This document shows positions 27,721 to 36,943 of a stretch of 64,000 nt of DNA, one piece after another; position 1 is the stretch's first letter, and every line of letters begins with the position of its first letter. The DNA lies in contig JAYZFC010000002.1 of NCBI GenBank assembly GCA_036337035.1, positions 16,138 to 80,137 on the forward strand, given 5' to 3'. Source of the stretch: Pseudomonadota bacterium (GTDB taxonomy: Bacteria; Pseudomonadota; Gammaproteobacteria; Steroidobacterales; Rariloculaceae). Position numbers and translations under genes: made by a program. The notes beneath the pieces are model-generated. The model was not told the DNA's origin. It did no database searches and saw nothing but the letters and a program-made list of their open reading frames with translations.

Positions 27721-28113
27721 ATGAATTCTATTTTTAGCAAAATATTCACTTTTTTTCTAGCTTATCTTATAAGTGCTAGCTTTATCTGGGCTCAAAATGC
27801 CGGAATGGGTGGCATGGGCATGGGCATGGGTATGGGAGGAGCTAGATGTGTAATGCCTGATATGCCAACTGTGCCAGATGGGAATACAGCAACCGAAGAA
27901 GAGCTTATTGCAGCAGTGAATGAAGTTAAAAACTTCCAAGAGCTTAATGCTGCATTCAGAGAGTGTTTGGATAATCAAGAAAGAGCTTTTGGTGAAGAGA
28001 TACCTGAAAATGCCCTTAGAAGAATATTAGGTCAGTATAACGAATCTGTAGAAAATGAAGAAAATCTTGGCGCTCAAGTCAATGATGCAATAAGAGCATT
28101 TAGATCAAGATAA
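27721..28113 (+). CDS. Small secreted protein with (Gly-Met)n tract, unknown function
   Basis: 130 aa. Signal ending SFIWA/Q. GMGGMGMGMGMGG is encoded at 27802-27840. Two Cys (ARCVMPD, FRECLDN). Stop lies 1 nt before the next gene start. Confidence 0.5.
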   Translation: MNSIFSKIFTFFLAYLISASFIWAQNAGMGGMGMGMGMGGARCVMPDMPTVPDGNTATEEELIAAVNEVKNFQELNAAFRECLDNQERAFGEEIPENALRRILGQYNESVENEENLGAQVNDAIRAFRSR

Positions 28114-28114
28114 A

Positions 28115-29776
28115 ATGCAGAAACAATGGTCTTCTGTAATTCTATTTTCAGCATATCTGATAGGATGCTCTGGTAATAATGATCTTAATTCGTTAAATAT
28201 AGAAGATAAACCTAATAAACCAAACATACTAATAATTGTTGCTGATGACATAGGTTTTACAGATATTGGCTCTTTTGGTAGTGAAATTAATACTCCCAAT
28301 CTAGATAGATTGGCTCTTGAAGGAGTTCGCCTTAATAATCTTCATGCAAATTCCTCCTGTCAGCCTATGAGAGCAATGCTAATGACAGGAATGAGCCCTA
28401 GCTCAGTAATTCAGAATGGTCCACGGCTTCCCCGTTCAGGAGAAAGGGGTAACTGGATAAAACCAGAAGTTCCTATGCTTCAAGAAATGCTTAAACATGA
28501 AGGCTATTCAACTTATATGGCAGGTAAATGGGATCTTGGACCGCTTCCTGGGCATACCCCAATATCAAGAGGGTTTGATAGATATTTCACACAACTAAAT
28601 GGTTCAGCTAACTACTTTCCTGCACCGCTTCTATCTGAGGATGCAATGTACGAAGAAGATGGAATATCATTAGATTTCAAAGATTTACCAGATGACTTTT
28701 ATGCTACAAAACACTATACAGATAAGATGATTGAGTATCTTGAATCTCATAACCAAGATTCTCCATGGTTTGCTTTCGTTCCATATACAGCACCACATTG
28801 GCCGCTTATGTTGCCAGAAGACTGGTTAGATCGCTACAAAGGACAATATGAAGAAGGTTATGATGTACTTAGAAAAGAAAGATTTAAAAAGGCTACTGAA
28901 CTTGGCGTGCTCCCAAAAAATGCAAATCTTAATTCCTATAAGCCCACGGCTACTCTATGGAATGACTTAAGTATGGATGAAAAAATGAAGCTATCTAGAG
29001 CCCAAGAAATATTTTCTGGTATGGTTGAATACATGGACATGAGTATTGGAAGAATTATTCAAACTTTAGAATCAACAAATCAACTAGAAGATACTATTAT
29101 TATCTATACTGCAGATCATGGAGCATCTAGAGCAGATTATGCATTAAGCACAAACTTAAATCCCTATGACTCAAAAAATCTAGGCGGGCCGAGAATACCA
29201 TGGGATAAAATAAATAATAATATTGAAAACTTTGGATATAGTGATTCTTTTATTGATAGAGGCTTAGGATTTGCCACAGCAGCAACTGCACCATTTAAAG
29301 GTAGTAAGTCATTCTTAGATGAAGGTGGTTTGAGGGCTGCTGCATTTATCAGGTATCCTAAAGAAATTAAGGGTGGTGAAGTTGACTCTACCTTCCTAAC
29401 TATGATGGATTTTTTTCCAACATTTATAGATATAACTGACTCAAATTTTTTAAGTGAAGAGGATTATCAAGCACTTAAAGGAGATTCATTTTGGAAGTAT
29501 ATTACAAAACAAGCTAGCTCCTTCAGAGATGAAGATTTCTCAGCAGGATGGATCAGAGGTAATGATGCTCCAGCCGAAGGCCAAAATAATTTTGGTGGTG
29601 CATTAATCAAAGGTAAGTATAAGATTATTAATATGCCACAAGAAAGATTAGGGTCATATACAGAATGGAGACTTTATAATCTAGATGAAGATCCAGGTGA
29701 ACATAATGATCTGGCTAAAAATTATCCAAATATTGTTAACGATCTAGTAAATACGCTTCAATCAGACTGGCCTTAA
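28115..29776 (+). CDS. Lipoprotein type I sulfatase
   Basis: 553 aa. Lipobox LIGC. VADDIGFTDIGSFGS. Formylglycine motif CQPMRAMLMTG. GKWDLG and YTADHG. Confidence 0.85.
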   Translation: MQKQWSSVILFSAYLIGCSGNNDLNSLNIEDKPNKPNILIIVADDIGFTDIGSFGSEINTPNLDRLALEGVRLNNLHANSSCQPMRAMLMTGMSPSSVIQNGPRLPRSGERGNWIKPEVPMLQEMLKHEGYSTYMAGKWDLGPLPGHTPISRGFDRYFTQLNGSANYFPAPLLSEDAMYEEDGISLDFKDLPDDFYATKHYTDKMIEYLESHNQDSPWFAFVPYTAPHWPLMLPEDWLDRYKGQYEEGYDVLRKERFKKATELGVLPKNANLNSYKPTATLWNDLSMDEKMKLSRAQEIFSGMVEYMDMSIGRIIQTLESTNQLEDTIIIYTADHGASRADYALSTNLNPYDSKNLGGPRIPWDKINNNIENFGYSDSFIDRGLGFATAATAPFKGSKSFLDEGGLRAAAFIRYPKEIKGGEVDSTFLTMMDFFPTFIDITDSNFLSEEDYQALKGDSFWKYITKQASSFRDEDFSAGWIRGNDAPAEGQNNFGGALIKGKYKIINMPQERLGSYTEWRLYNLDEDPGEHNDLAKNYPNIVNDLVNTLQSDWP

Positions 29777-29821
29777 ATTTATTACAGGAATAAAGTTAAA
29801 AAAAATAATTTATATTTTAAA

Positions 29822-31522
29822 TTAAAGTTTTGAATGATTGATATACTCTAATAATAGATTTTTGTTTTCCCATTCTGATATTAATTGATTAAGAAGATCT
29901 GGATTCTCAGAAGCAAGATCATTATGTTCACCTGGATCTTCATCTAAGTTGAACAGCTTCCATTCATTTCCATCCCAATTAGAGCTACTTGAATTTGGTT
30001 CAGACCTTCCTCGAGCCGAAAATTTAATAATCTTATAATTTCCCATTATAAACGCCCCAAAACCTCTCGAGCTATTAACCCATCCTATACCTTGATTTTC
30101 AGATCTGACGTATTCTGATTCACCAATAATGAAAGGCCAAAAAGAATAGCCCAAAATATCATTAATTTCACGATCTTTATAATAACCAGCACCAGGATGT
30201 TCAGTGCCAGCAATATTTAAGAAAGATGGTAATATATCTATCATCCCCATAAGTTCATTGGTAACCCCTGGATCTATTAATTTTGGAAAATAAATAAATC
30301 CGGCTCCCCTTGTACCGCCTTCAGTTAAGCTGCCCTTATAAAATTTAAATGGAGCACTCGCGGCTTCGCCAAAACCAGTTCCATGATCAATAAAAGAGTT
30401 TGGTCTACCAAAATTTTCAAGGCTATTATTAAAATCCCTCCATCCACCAGTAACAGCTATTTGGTTTTCTGGATTCACGCCATAATCTGCTGCTGAACCA
30501 CCATGATCACTAACAAACATAATGACTGTATTATCTATTTCGCCAGACTCTTCAAGTAAATTAATAATTCTCCCCACACTCATATCCATATATTCAACCA
30601 TTCCAGCATAGATCTCTTGAGCTCTTGAATGTCTTGCCTGAGCTGAAGGGGTTAAGCTCTCCCAAGAAGCTGCAGTCGGCTCAAAATTCTCTAATGAGCC
30701 TCCGGGAGGAACAACGCCTAATTCTAAAGCTTTTTTGAATCGTTCAGCTCTAAGTAAATCATAACCTTCATCATACCTTCCATCATAACGATCTAACCAA
30801 TCATCTGGCAAACCTAGTGGCCAGTGTGGAGCTGTATAAGGTACATAAGCAAACCACGGAGATTCATTAGAGCTAGAAGAAATATACTCAATAATCTTAT
30901 CCGTGTAATACTCAGTTGCATAAAAATCTTCAGGTAGATCCTCATTAGCTAAAAGCTTGCCATTATCTTGATACGAATATGGGTACTGATAAATCCTCTC
31001 CTTAAAATGACTATTAGATGGTCCAGAATTTATAAATGAACGATCAAAACCTCTAGTAGAAGGATTGTGTCCTACTCTAGGCCCTAAATCCCACTTGCCT
31101 GCCATAAAAGTTTGATAACCAGCATCTTGAAGTAATTCAGGAAGTAATGCCCAATTTTCACTAACACCAATGCCTCTCTCACCTCCTCTATAAAGCTCAC
31201 CGCCAAAGATTGATTTTGTATTCTCTAATACTGCATCAGCCTCATAACTAGTCATCATTCTTGCCCGAGTAGTAAGGCAAGCTTCTGCCGTTCTAAAGTT
31301 AGTTAGCCTCATACCATTAAAAGCTAGAGTATCAAGATTAGGTGTAGAAATTTCACTGCCAAATGAACCTATATCACTATAGCCTAAATCATCTGCAACT
31401 ATAAAAAGTATATTGGGCCTTCCATCAGAGATAATATTTTGGGATTGGTTTATTTCTGGCGAACATCCAGAAAAAATTAGAGTAAAAGACACTAAAACTA
31501 TGCTTTTATAACTAGATAACAT
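29822..31522 (-). CDS. Lipoprotein type I sulfatase with non-canonical C-L-T-T-R maturation motif
   Basis: 566 aa. Lipobox FSGC. VADDLGYSDIGSFGS, GKWDLG, FVSDHG. The motif codons TGC CTT ACT ACT CGG are read on the minus strand at 31265-31279. Confidence 0.85.
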   Translation of the reverse strand: MLSSYKSIVLVSFTLIFSGCSPEINQSQNIISDGRPNILFIVADDLGYSDIGSFGSEISTPNLDTLAFNGMRLTNFRTAEACLTTRARMMTSYEADAVLENTKSIFGGELYRGGERGIGVSENWALLPELLQDAGYQTFMAGKWDLGPRVGHNPSTRGFDRSFINSGPSNSHFKERIYQYPYSYQDNGKLLANEDLPEDFYATEYYTDKIIEYISSSSNESPWFAYVPYTAPHWPLGLPDDWLDRYDGRYDEGYDLLRAERFKKALELGVVPPGGSLENFEPTAASWESLTPSAQARHSRAQEIYAGMVEYMDMSVGRIINLLEESGEIDNTVIMFVSDHGGSAADYGVNPENQIAVTGGWRDFNNSLENFGRPNSFIDHGTGFGEAASAPFKFYKGSLTEGGTRGAGFIYFPKLIDPGVTNELMGMIDILPSFLNIAGTEHPGAGYYKDREINDILGYSFWPFIIGESEYVRSENQGIGWVNSSRGFGAFIMGNYKIIKFSARGRSEPNSSSSNWDGNEWKLFNLDEDPGEHNDLASENPDLLNQLISEWENKNLLLEYINHSKL

Positions 31523-31567
31523 TATGCATTCCTTTGTTTAGAAAATGATTTAATTTAGATTAACTGA

Positions 31568-33772
31568 TTAATAACGAAAAGTCTTACTATATTTAATAGA
31601 AAACTGGGAATAAGTAGAATTAAATCTTGAAAAATTATCGAGTGTATTAGCGTTATGGTCAAAAACAAGGTAAAGATTTTCGCCAGCTTCTCGATTGAAT
31701 CTTAACCTTGTATTGAAACCTACATTAGATGATGTATTGTCATACTGTAATGAAGTATATAAATAAAGTCTATTTGTAAAATTATAGTTTGATGATATTT
31801 GAACTAATCGCGTTGTAAAATTACCATTGGGTAAATCAACATCATAGTTTTTTATACTACTAGATAAGAAAAACTTATTACTAGGTCTCCACCTAAGAGT
31901 TGCCTCTAAATCATTTCTTGTTCCATTATAGAATCCGCCTCCTTTTACAACTATCTTTGGAGAAAAGTTGCTGTTTTGAGAAAAGTCAGCTTCTATCTGC
32001 CACTCATCATAGCTGTGAGAACCAATTGGTACAATGACGCCTTTTGAAACCTCAAAAGGTTCAGTAAGAACTTCTGTAATTTTATTAAAAGCCACGCTGT
32101 AATTGTGACCAGATCTAGTAATTAATCTGATTGGTCTTATAAAACCATAATAACTTTCTAAATTACCAGTTTGGTCATTATTATGTGATTGAGTACTAAT
32201 AAACAACTCAGCACTTCTTATCCAAGGATGATTATCAAAATTCCTTCGATAACCACTCCACCACCTTACCCTTTTAAAGTCTTTTCGATTAACAAAGCCA
32301 AGAGCTGGGTTGTAGTTTTTTTCTACTACCTCATACTCAATTTTTCCTCTTATACCCTCTTCACCCTGAATTGCAAAGGTTACACCAAGTGTATCTTGAT
32401 CTTGATCTACTCCTGGAGTATCTGTTGCTGTGTACCATATATCCCCTTCAACCCTTTTAGAAGGATAAATAGATGTATTTCTATATCTAAAATCAAGTCC
32501 AGCTACTTTGTTATCTAAATTAGATCTTGGATTACCACTAGTAAATAATAACCCTATATTTGACTCATCTAAAACATTCGCCATAACTCTTGCTACAAAA
32601 AGATCTGACTTATCAAGTGATTGATGACTGTCTTGTTGAACACCAAGCACTCCAATGTTCAAACGGCCAGATCTACCCGTAAGCTTTAAACCTGAGTTGA
32701 TATCTATTGGCTGACCGGCAGCACTTAAACCAATTCTTCTTGTAAAAAAAGGATTTGCATTTCTATTCCACTGGTCATAATTGGCAAAGCTAAAAATATC
32801 CATATCTTGTAGAAAGAAGTTTCTTTTTTCAGGAAAAAAAAGTGAAAAACGGGTGAGATTAAGTTGTCGATCATCCACCTCAGTATCTGAAAAATCAGTA
32901 TTTAGCGTTAATACACCTGTCAATGTTGGATTAAACTTATAAAAAATATCTGCTGATGGCTCAACTGAACTTTCATTTTTGTTCTTAGCAAAATCCTTAT
33001 TTTGTTTTAAAGAAACAGAAGGAATAATATCTAATCCTAAACCTTGATTAATATCATTGAAGCCTTTAACAACACCAAAGCTATCTAAATTTGCATTGCG
33101 GTCAAATTCACTCCAAAAAACTCTCTCATTCTTTCGCCTAATTAATCTAACGAAATTAAAACCCCAATCAGGGTTACTAGGATCAAAATTGATAGATTTA
33201 AAAGGTATAGCTATTTCTGCAGACCAGCCCCATTCTGTTATTTGTGATTGAGCATACCAAATACCATTCCAGTTACTATTACCGGTAATTTTAGTGTCAA
33301 AAATGGATTCTTGTCTGGTACCTATTGCATTTAACCAAAAACTATAGCCAGAAGTCTTTTGATTAAAAGGATCAAGCCGAACACCTATGAGATCATCAGT
33401 AATAACGCCTGTATTGTGCGTCATTACTCTAGCAATAATTGCACTAGGATCAGAGTCTTCTAATCTAGCAGCAACATATAGAAAATCACTATCATAAGTA
33501 ACATAAAATGTAGTTTTTTCAGTTGGCTCTGATAAGTAAGCAGGGTCTACCTGAATAAAATCATCAATAATGGTTGCACTATTCCAAACATCATCGTCAA
33601 TAACACCATCAATAACTGGTGCAACCTCAGTTTTATAAATATTGGCTACCTTTAATGACTCATTTTGAGCAAAAACTGGTGAAATGAGAAAAAATAAAGT
33701 GGATAATTTAATTAATGTATTAAACTTAACAGCATAAAGTATATTTAAAAAATAACGGTGAATATGTTTCAT
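31568..33772 (-). CDS. Outer-membrane protein, CBM9-like N-terminal domain plus DUF5916-like beta-barrel (tentative)
   Basis: 734 aa. Signal ending SPVFA/Q. N-terminal VIDGVIDDDVWNSA block typical of CBM9-like modules. Alternating beta-strand pattern and C-terminal KYSKTFRY. Confidence 0.6.
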   Translation of the reverse strand: MKHIHRYFLNILYAVKFNTLIKLSTLFFLISPVFAQNESLKVANIYKTEVAPVIDGVIDDDVWNSATIIDDFIQVDPAYLSEPTEKTTFYVTYDSDFLYVAARLEDSDPSAIIARVMTHNTGVITDDLIGVRLDPFNQKTSGYSFWLNAIGTRQESIFDTKITGNSNWNGIWYAQSQITEWGWSAEIAIPFKSINFDPSNPDWGFNFVRLIRRKNERVFWSEFDRNANLDSFGVVKGFNDINQGLGLDIIPSVSLKQNKDFAKNKNESSVEPSADIFYKFNPTLTGVLTLNTDFSDTEVDDRQLNLTRFSLFFPEKRNFFLQDMDIFSFANYDQWNRNANPFFTRRIGLSAAGQPIDINSGLKLTGRSGRLNIGVLGVQQDSHQSLDKSDLFVARVMANVLDESNIGLLFTSGNPRSNLDNKVAGLDFRYRNTSIYPSKRVEGDIWYTATDTPGVDQDQDTLGVTFAIQGEEGIRGKIEYEVVEKNYNPALGFVNRKDFKRVRWWSGYRRNFDNHPWIRSAELFISTQSHNNDQTGNLESYYGFIRPIRLITRSGHNYSVAFNKITEVLTEPFEVSKGVIVPIGSHSYDEWQIEADFSQNSNFSPKIVVKGGGFYNGTRNDLEATLRWRPSNKFFLSSSIKNYDVDLPNGNFTTRLVQISSNYNFTNRLYLYTSLQYDNTSSNVGFNTRLRFNREAGENLYLVFDHNANTLDNFSRFNSTYSQFSIKYSKTFRY

Positions 33773-36700
33773 AAAAATAAAATAGTATATTTTGGTGTAA
33801 TTTCCTGCTTCATTTTATCAGGTTTTGCTGCGCTATTGTACCAAACTGCATGGATGAGGCAATTCTCTGTTATCTTTGGTACTTCAGAATTAGCTGTTGC
33901 AACTATTCTTTCAGCCTATATGGCAGGACTTGCTCTAGGCGCGGAAATTGCAGGTCGATATGTTGAAAAAATAAGAAGACCTATTTTATTCTATGGCATT
34001 CTTGAAGCAGCAATAGCTATCAGTGCACTATGCGTTCCATTCTTAATGGGCTTAGCAAGTTTATTATATATTAATTTTCTGGGTGATCAGCCAGCACCAG
34101 GTGATGCAAGCGGTCTTGGTCAATCAATATTTTATCTTGTAGTCGCTTTTTTAGTTCTAATTATTCCAACAGGCTGTATGGGTGCAACTCTACCTTTGCT
34201 AACAAAATATGTAGTAAGAAGTGAAGATCAAATTGGACCAAGAGTTGGCATGCTGTATGCCATGAACACGGCTGGAGCAATTGGCGGAACAACTACCGCT
34301 GGATTTTTATTGCTTCCTTTAATTGGCTTATCAGGAACAATATGGGTTGGTGTAGGAATTAATTTTTTAGTTTTTCTTATAGCAGCAGCAATTGCTAGAG
34401 AAATAAAAACGTCAACTGAAGAAAAAATTATAGAGCCAATAAAGAATAATACTAATAATATCTTTACTGATGCACCAAAATATAAGTGGATTTTACCTCT
34501 AATGTTGCTATCTGGCATGAATACTTTTACTTATGAAGTATTATGGACAAGATTATTAGGCCATATACTAGGAGGAAGCGTTGCTGCATTTTCAACTATG
34601 TTAGCCAGCTTCCTTTCAGGCATAGCAATTGGTAGCGCTATTGCATCTAGATTTTCAAAAATAAGAGAAAATTCGGTAAAAGTATTTATTTTTGTTCAAT
34701 GTGCTATAGCAATAACCTCTATCTTTGTTTATCAATACTTTGATTATCTTAATCCAGGTATGGGGCTTAATAGCAATATTATTATCGCATTTAGTATTTT
34801 AATGCCGGCTACTTTATTTATTGGGGCTACTTTTCCACTAGCTGTCAGAATGCTAGCTGACAATGAGAGAGTGGCAGCTCAAGCCTCTGCAAAGGTTTAT
34901 GCATGGAATACTTTTGGAGCCATCGCAGGTGCTGCAATAGCAGGGTTTTTCTTGATCCCATTACTTAAATATGAGGGCGCAATAAAGTTAGCAGTTAGTA
35001 TCAATTTATTTATTGCTCTACTTACTTCTCTTATTATTCTTAAAGAAAAAAGATTATTAACCTCATCTATAGGTTTTATTTTTCTAATTTCTTTATTTTT
35101 ATATAGACCAGATATGCCTGAAAATATTCTTAGAGCATCTTCAATTGTAGATAGAAGTGAAGGAGAAATTATCTATTATGATGTTGGCAGATCTGCTACG
35201 GTTATTGTTTTTGAAGAGGATGGTTTTTTAAACCTTAGAACAAATGGTTTGCCTGAAGCAGGTACTAATTTAAAAGGATCGCCACCATCAAAAAATAGTC
35301 AACAACTTCTAGCTACATTACCAGTATTAGCAAGACCTAATACATCTGAGATGTTAATAATTGGTTTTGGAGCTGGTGTTGCTGTTGAAGGTGTTCCATC
35401 TACTGTAAATAATATTGATGTTATTGAACTAGAGCCAAAGGTAATTGAGGCAAATAAAATTATTGGTAATAGCAGAGCCATAGACCCACTAAAAGATGAT
35501 CGTATAAATATTATCACTAATGATGCTAGAAGTGCCCTAGCTTTAACATCAAAAAAATATGATGCAATTGTTTCACAGCCCTCTCACCCTTGGACTGCAG
35601 GAGCGTCTCATCTATATACTCGTGAATTTATGAATTTAGCTAAAGATCATCTAAATCCAGATGGTATTTTTTTACAGTGGATGAATAGTCAATTCTTAAC
35701 TGAAGATCTCTTAAAGAGCCTTTGTGCAACTATGCTTGATGTTTATAGATTTGTAAGGGTGTATCAATGGGCACCTGAAGTTTTATTCTTTATAGGGTCA
35801 CAGCAGCCAATCAATCCTGAATATAATATGAGTATCACAGGAAGACCTGTGATAGATGATCCAGTTCATTATCTTGAAAGAGGAATAGGATCTGTGGAAG
35901 ACTTAGTAATAGCACTGAATATGGATCAAGAAAATATAAAAGAGTTTTCTAACGGGGCAAAGTTATTAACTGATAATATGAATCTTATGGCTACTGAATC
36001 TGGCCAAGCACAAGAAAGAGGAAAGGCTTTAAATTATAGAGATCTAGAAGATTTATTTTTACCCTATGACCCATTACTTCAAGATGAGAGCTTTCTTCAT
36101 AATAATTTTCCTATTGATCTAGAATTCTCCTATATTGCAGAAAGACTAGAAAACACTGGATTTAGGCAAAGAGCAATTACTTTAGGTAATGCTTTAGAAG
36201 CAAAAAATCTAAGTCAATCTTTGCTAGTAATTGCATTAGGTATGCAAAGACAAGGTCAAATAGAAGAATCTCAAAATCTACTAAGAAGATCATTAGAGGC
36301 AGATCCAACAAATGAACAAGCTCGCTTTAATATAGTTAAGCCATGGTTAGATAAAATAAATGATCCAGATACGCCAGATTATATAAAAGAAACTGCTAGT
36401 CAAATCAGAGGTTCAGCTGCAGCTGTTATAAAAGGATGGGAAGCTGTTTTACAAGAAAATTATAATTTATTGGTGGATTCAGATGAATTGATTGCAACTA
36501 CCAAAATAACTGACCAGTGGTATCTTGAATCAGTTAAGCTAAGAGCTGATTGGAGGATAAAAGTTAACAATCCTGAATACCAACCAGATCTTGCTAGAGA
36601 AGCAAGAAGAATCATTGATAATGCTATAGCAATTATTGATGATACAGAGCTTTATGGCTTAAGAATTTCAGCTGCTTATGTAGCTGAAGATATACCAGAA

Positions 36701-36943
36701 ATACTAGAGACTTCAAGAAGGTTAATTTATATTATCAACGGTGAAATTAATCTAGTAAAAGATGGCCTGTATAATATTACTACTGAAATAATTGATCGAA
36801 AAATTATTCAAATTGAAGCGCTTAAAATTGTTTTAAATGAAATGATAATAAATCAAGATGTTGATACATATGATATTGATAGCATAACGAATAATTTAGA
36901 TAATATTCTAGAAGAGCTTATAGATCTTAAGCTAATAGTTTAA
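33758..36943 (+). CDS. Fused polytopic-membrane / spermidine-synthase-like (class I SAM-fold) / TPR-like protein
   Basis: 1061 aa. N-terminal ~450 aa has many TM segments (SGFAALLYQTAWMRQFSVIFGTS). The middle has IGFGAGVAVEG, VIELEPKV, ITNDARSAL and SQPSHPW. The C-terminal ~350 aa is helical-repeat-like. GTG 33758 or ATG 33764 is the start. Confidence 0.7.
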   Translation: MNMFHKNKIVYFGVISCFILSGFAALLYQTAWMRQFSVIFGTSELAVATILSAYMAGLALGAEIAGRYVEKIRRPILFYGILEAAIAISALCVPFLMGLASLLYINFLGDQPAPGDASGLGQSIFYLVVAFLVLIIPTGCMGATLPLLTKYVVRSEDQIGPRVGMLYAMNTAGAIGGTTTAGFLLLPLIGLSGTIWVGVGINFLVFLIAAAIAREIKTSTEEKIIEPIKNNTNNIFTDAPKYKWILPLMLLSGMNTFTYEVLWTRLLGHILGGSVAAFSTMLASFLSGIAIGSAIASRFSKIRENSVKVFIFVQCAIAITSIFVYQYFDYLNPGMGLNSNIIIAFSILMPATLFIGATFPLAVRMLADNERVAAQASAKVYAWNTFGAIAGAAIAGFFLIPLLKYEGAIKLAVSINLFIALLTSLIILKEKRLLTSSIGFIFLISLFLYRPDMPENILRASSIVDRSEGEIIYYDVGRSATVIVFEEDGFLNLRTNGLPEAGTNLKGSPPSKNSQQLLATLPVLARPNTSEMLIIGFGAGVAVEGVPSTVNNIDVIELEPKVIEANKIIGNSRAIDPLKDDRINIITNDARSALALTSKKYDAIVSQPSHPWTAGASHLYTREFMNLAKDHLNPDGIFLQWMNSQFLTEDLLKSLCATMLDVYRFVRVYQWAPEVLFFIGSQQPINPEYNMSITGRPVIDDPVHYLERGIGSVEDLVIALNMDQENIKEFSNGAKLLTDNMNLMATESGQAQERGKALNYRDLEDLFLPYDPLLQDESFLHNNFPIDLEFSYIAERLENTGFRQRAITLGNALEAKNLSQSLLVIALGMQRQGQIEESQNLLRRSLEADPTNEQARFNIVKPWLDKINDPDTPDYIKETASQIRGSAAAVIKGWEAVLQENYNLLVDSDELIATTKITDQWYLESVKLRADWRIKVNNPEYQPDLAREARRIIDNAIAIIDDTELYGLRISAAYVAEDIPEILETSRRLIYIINGEINLVKDGLYNITTEIIDRKIIQIEALKIVLNEMIINQDVDTYDIDSITNNLDNILEELIDLKLIV

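Noticed and set aside
26607-27749. Long form of dctP (380 aa, GTG at 27749)
   Set aside because: The extra 50 residues are non-signal-like and precede the real signal peptide. The extension overlaps the divergent gene start by 29 nt, and an internal GTG with a good SD (GAGGGA) gives a canonical exported protein. The same logic was applied to tctC (51751..52956 shortened to ATG 52833).
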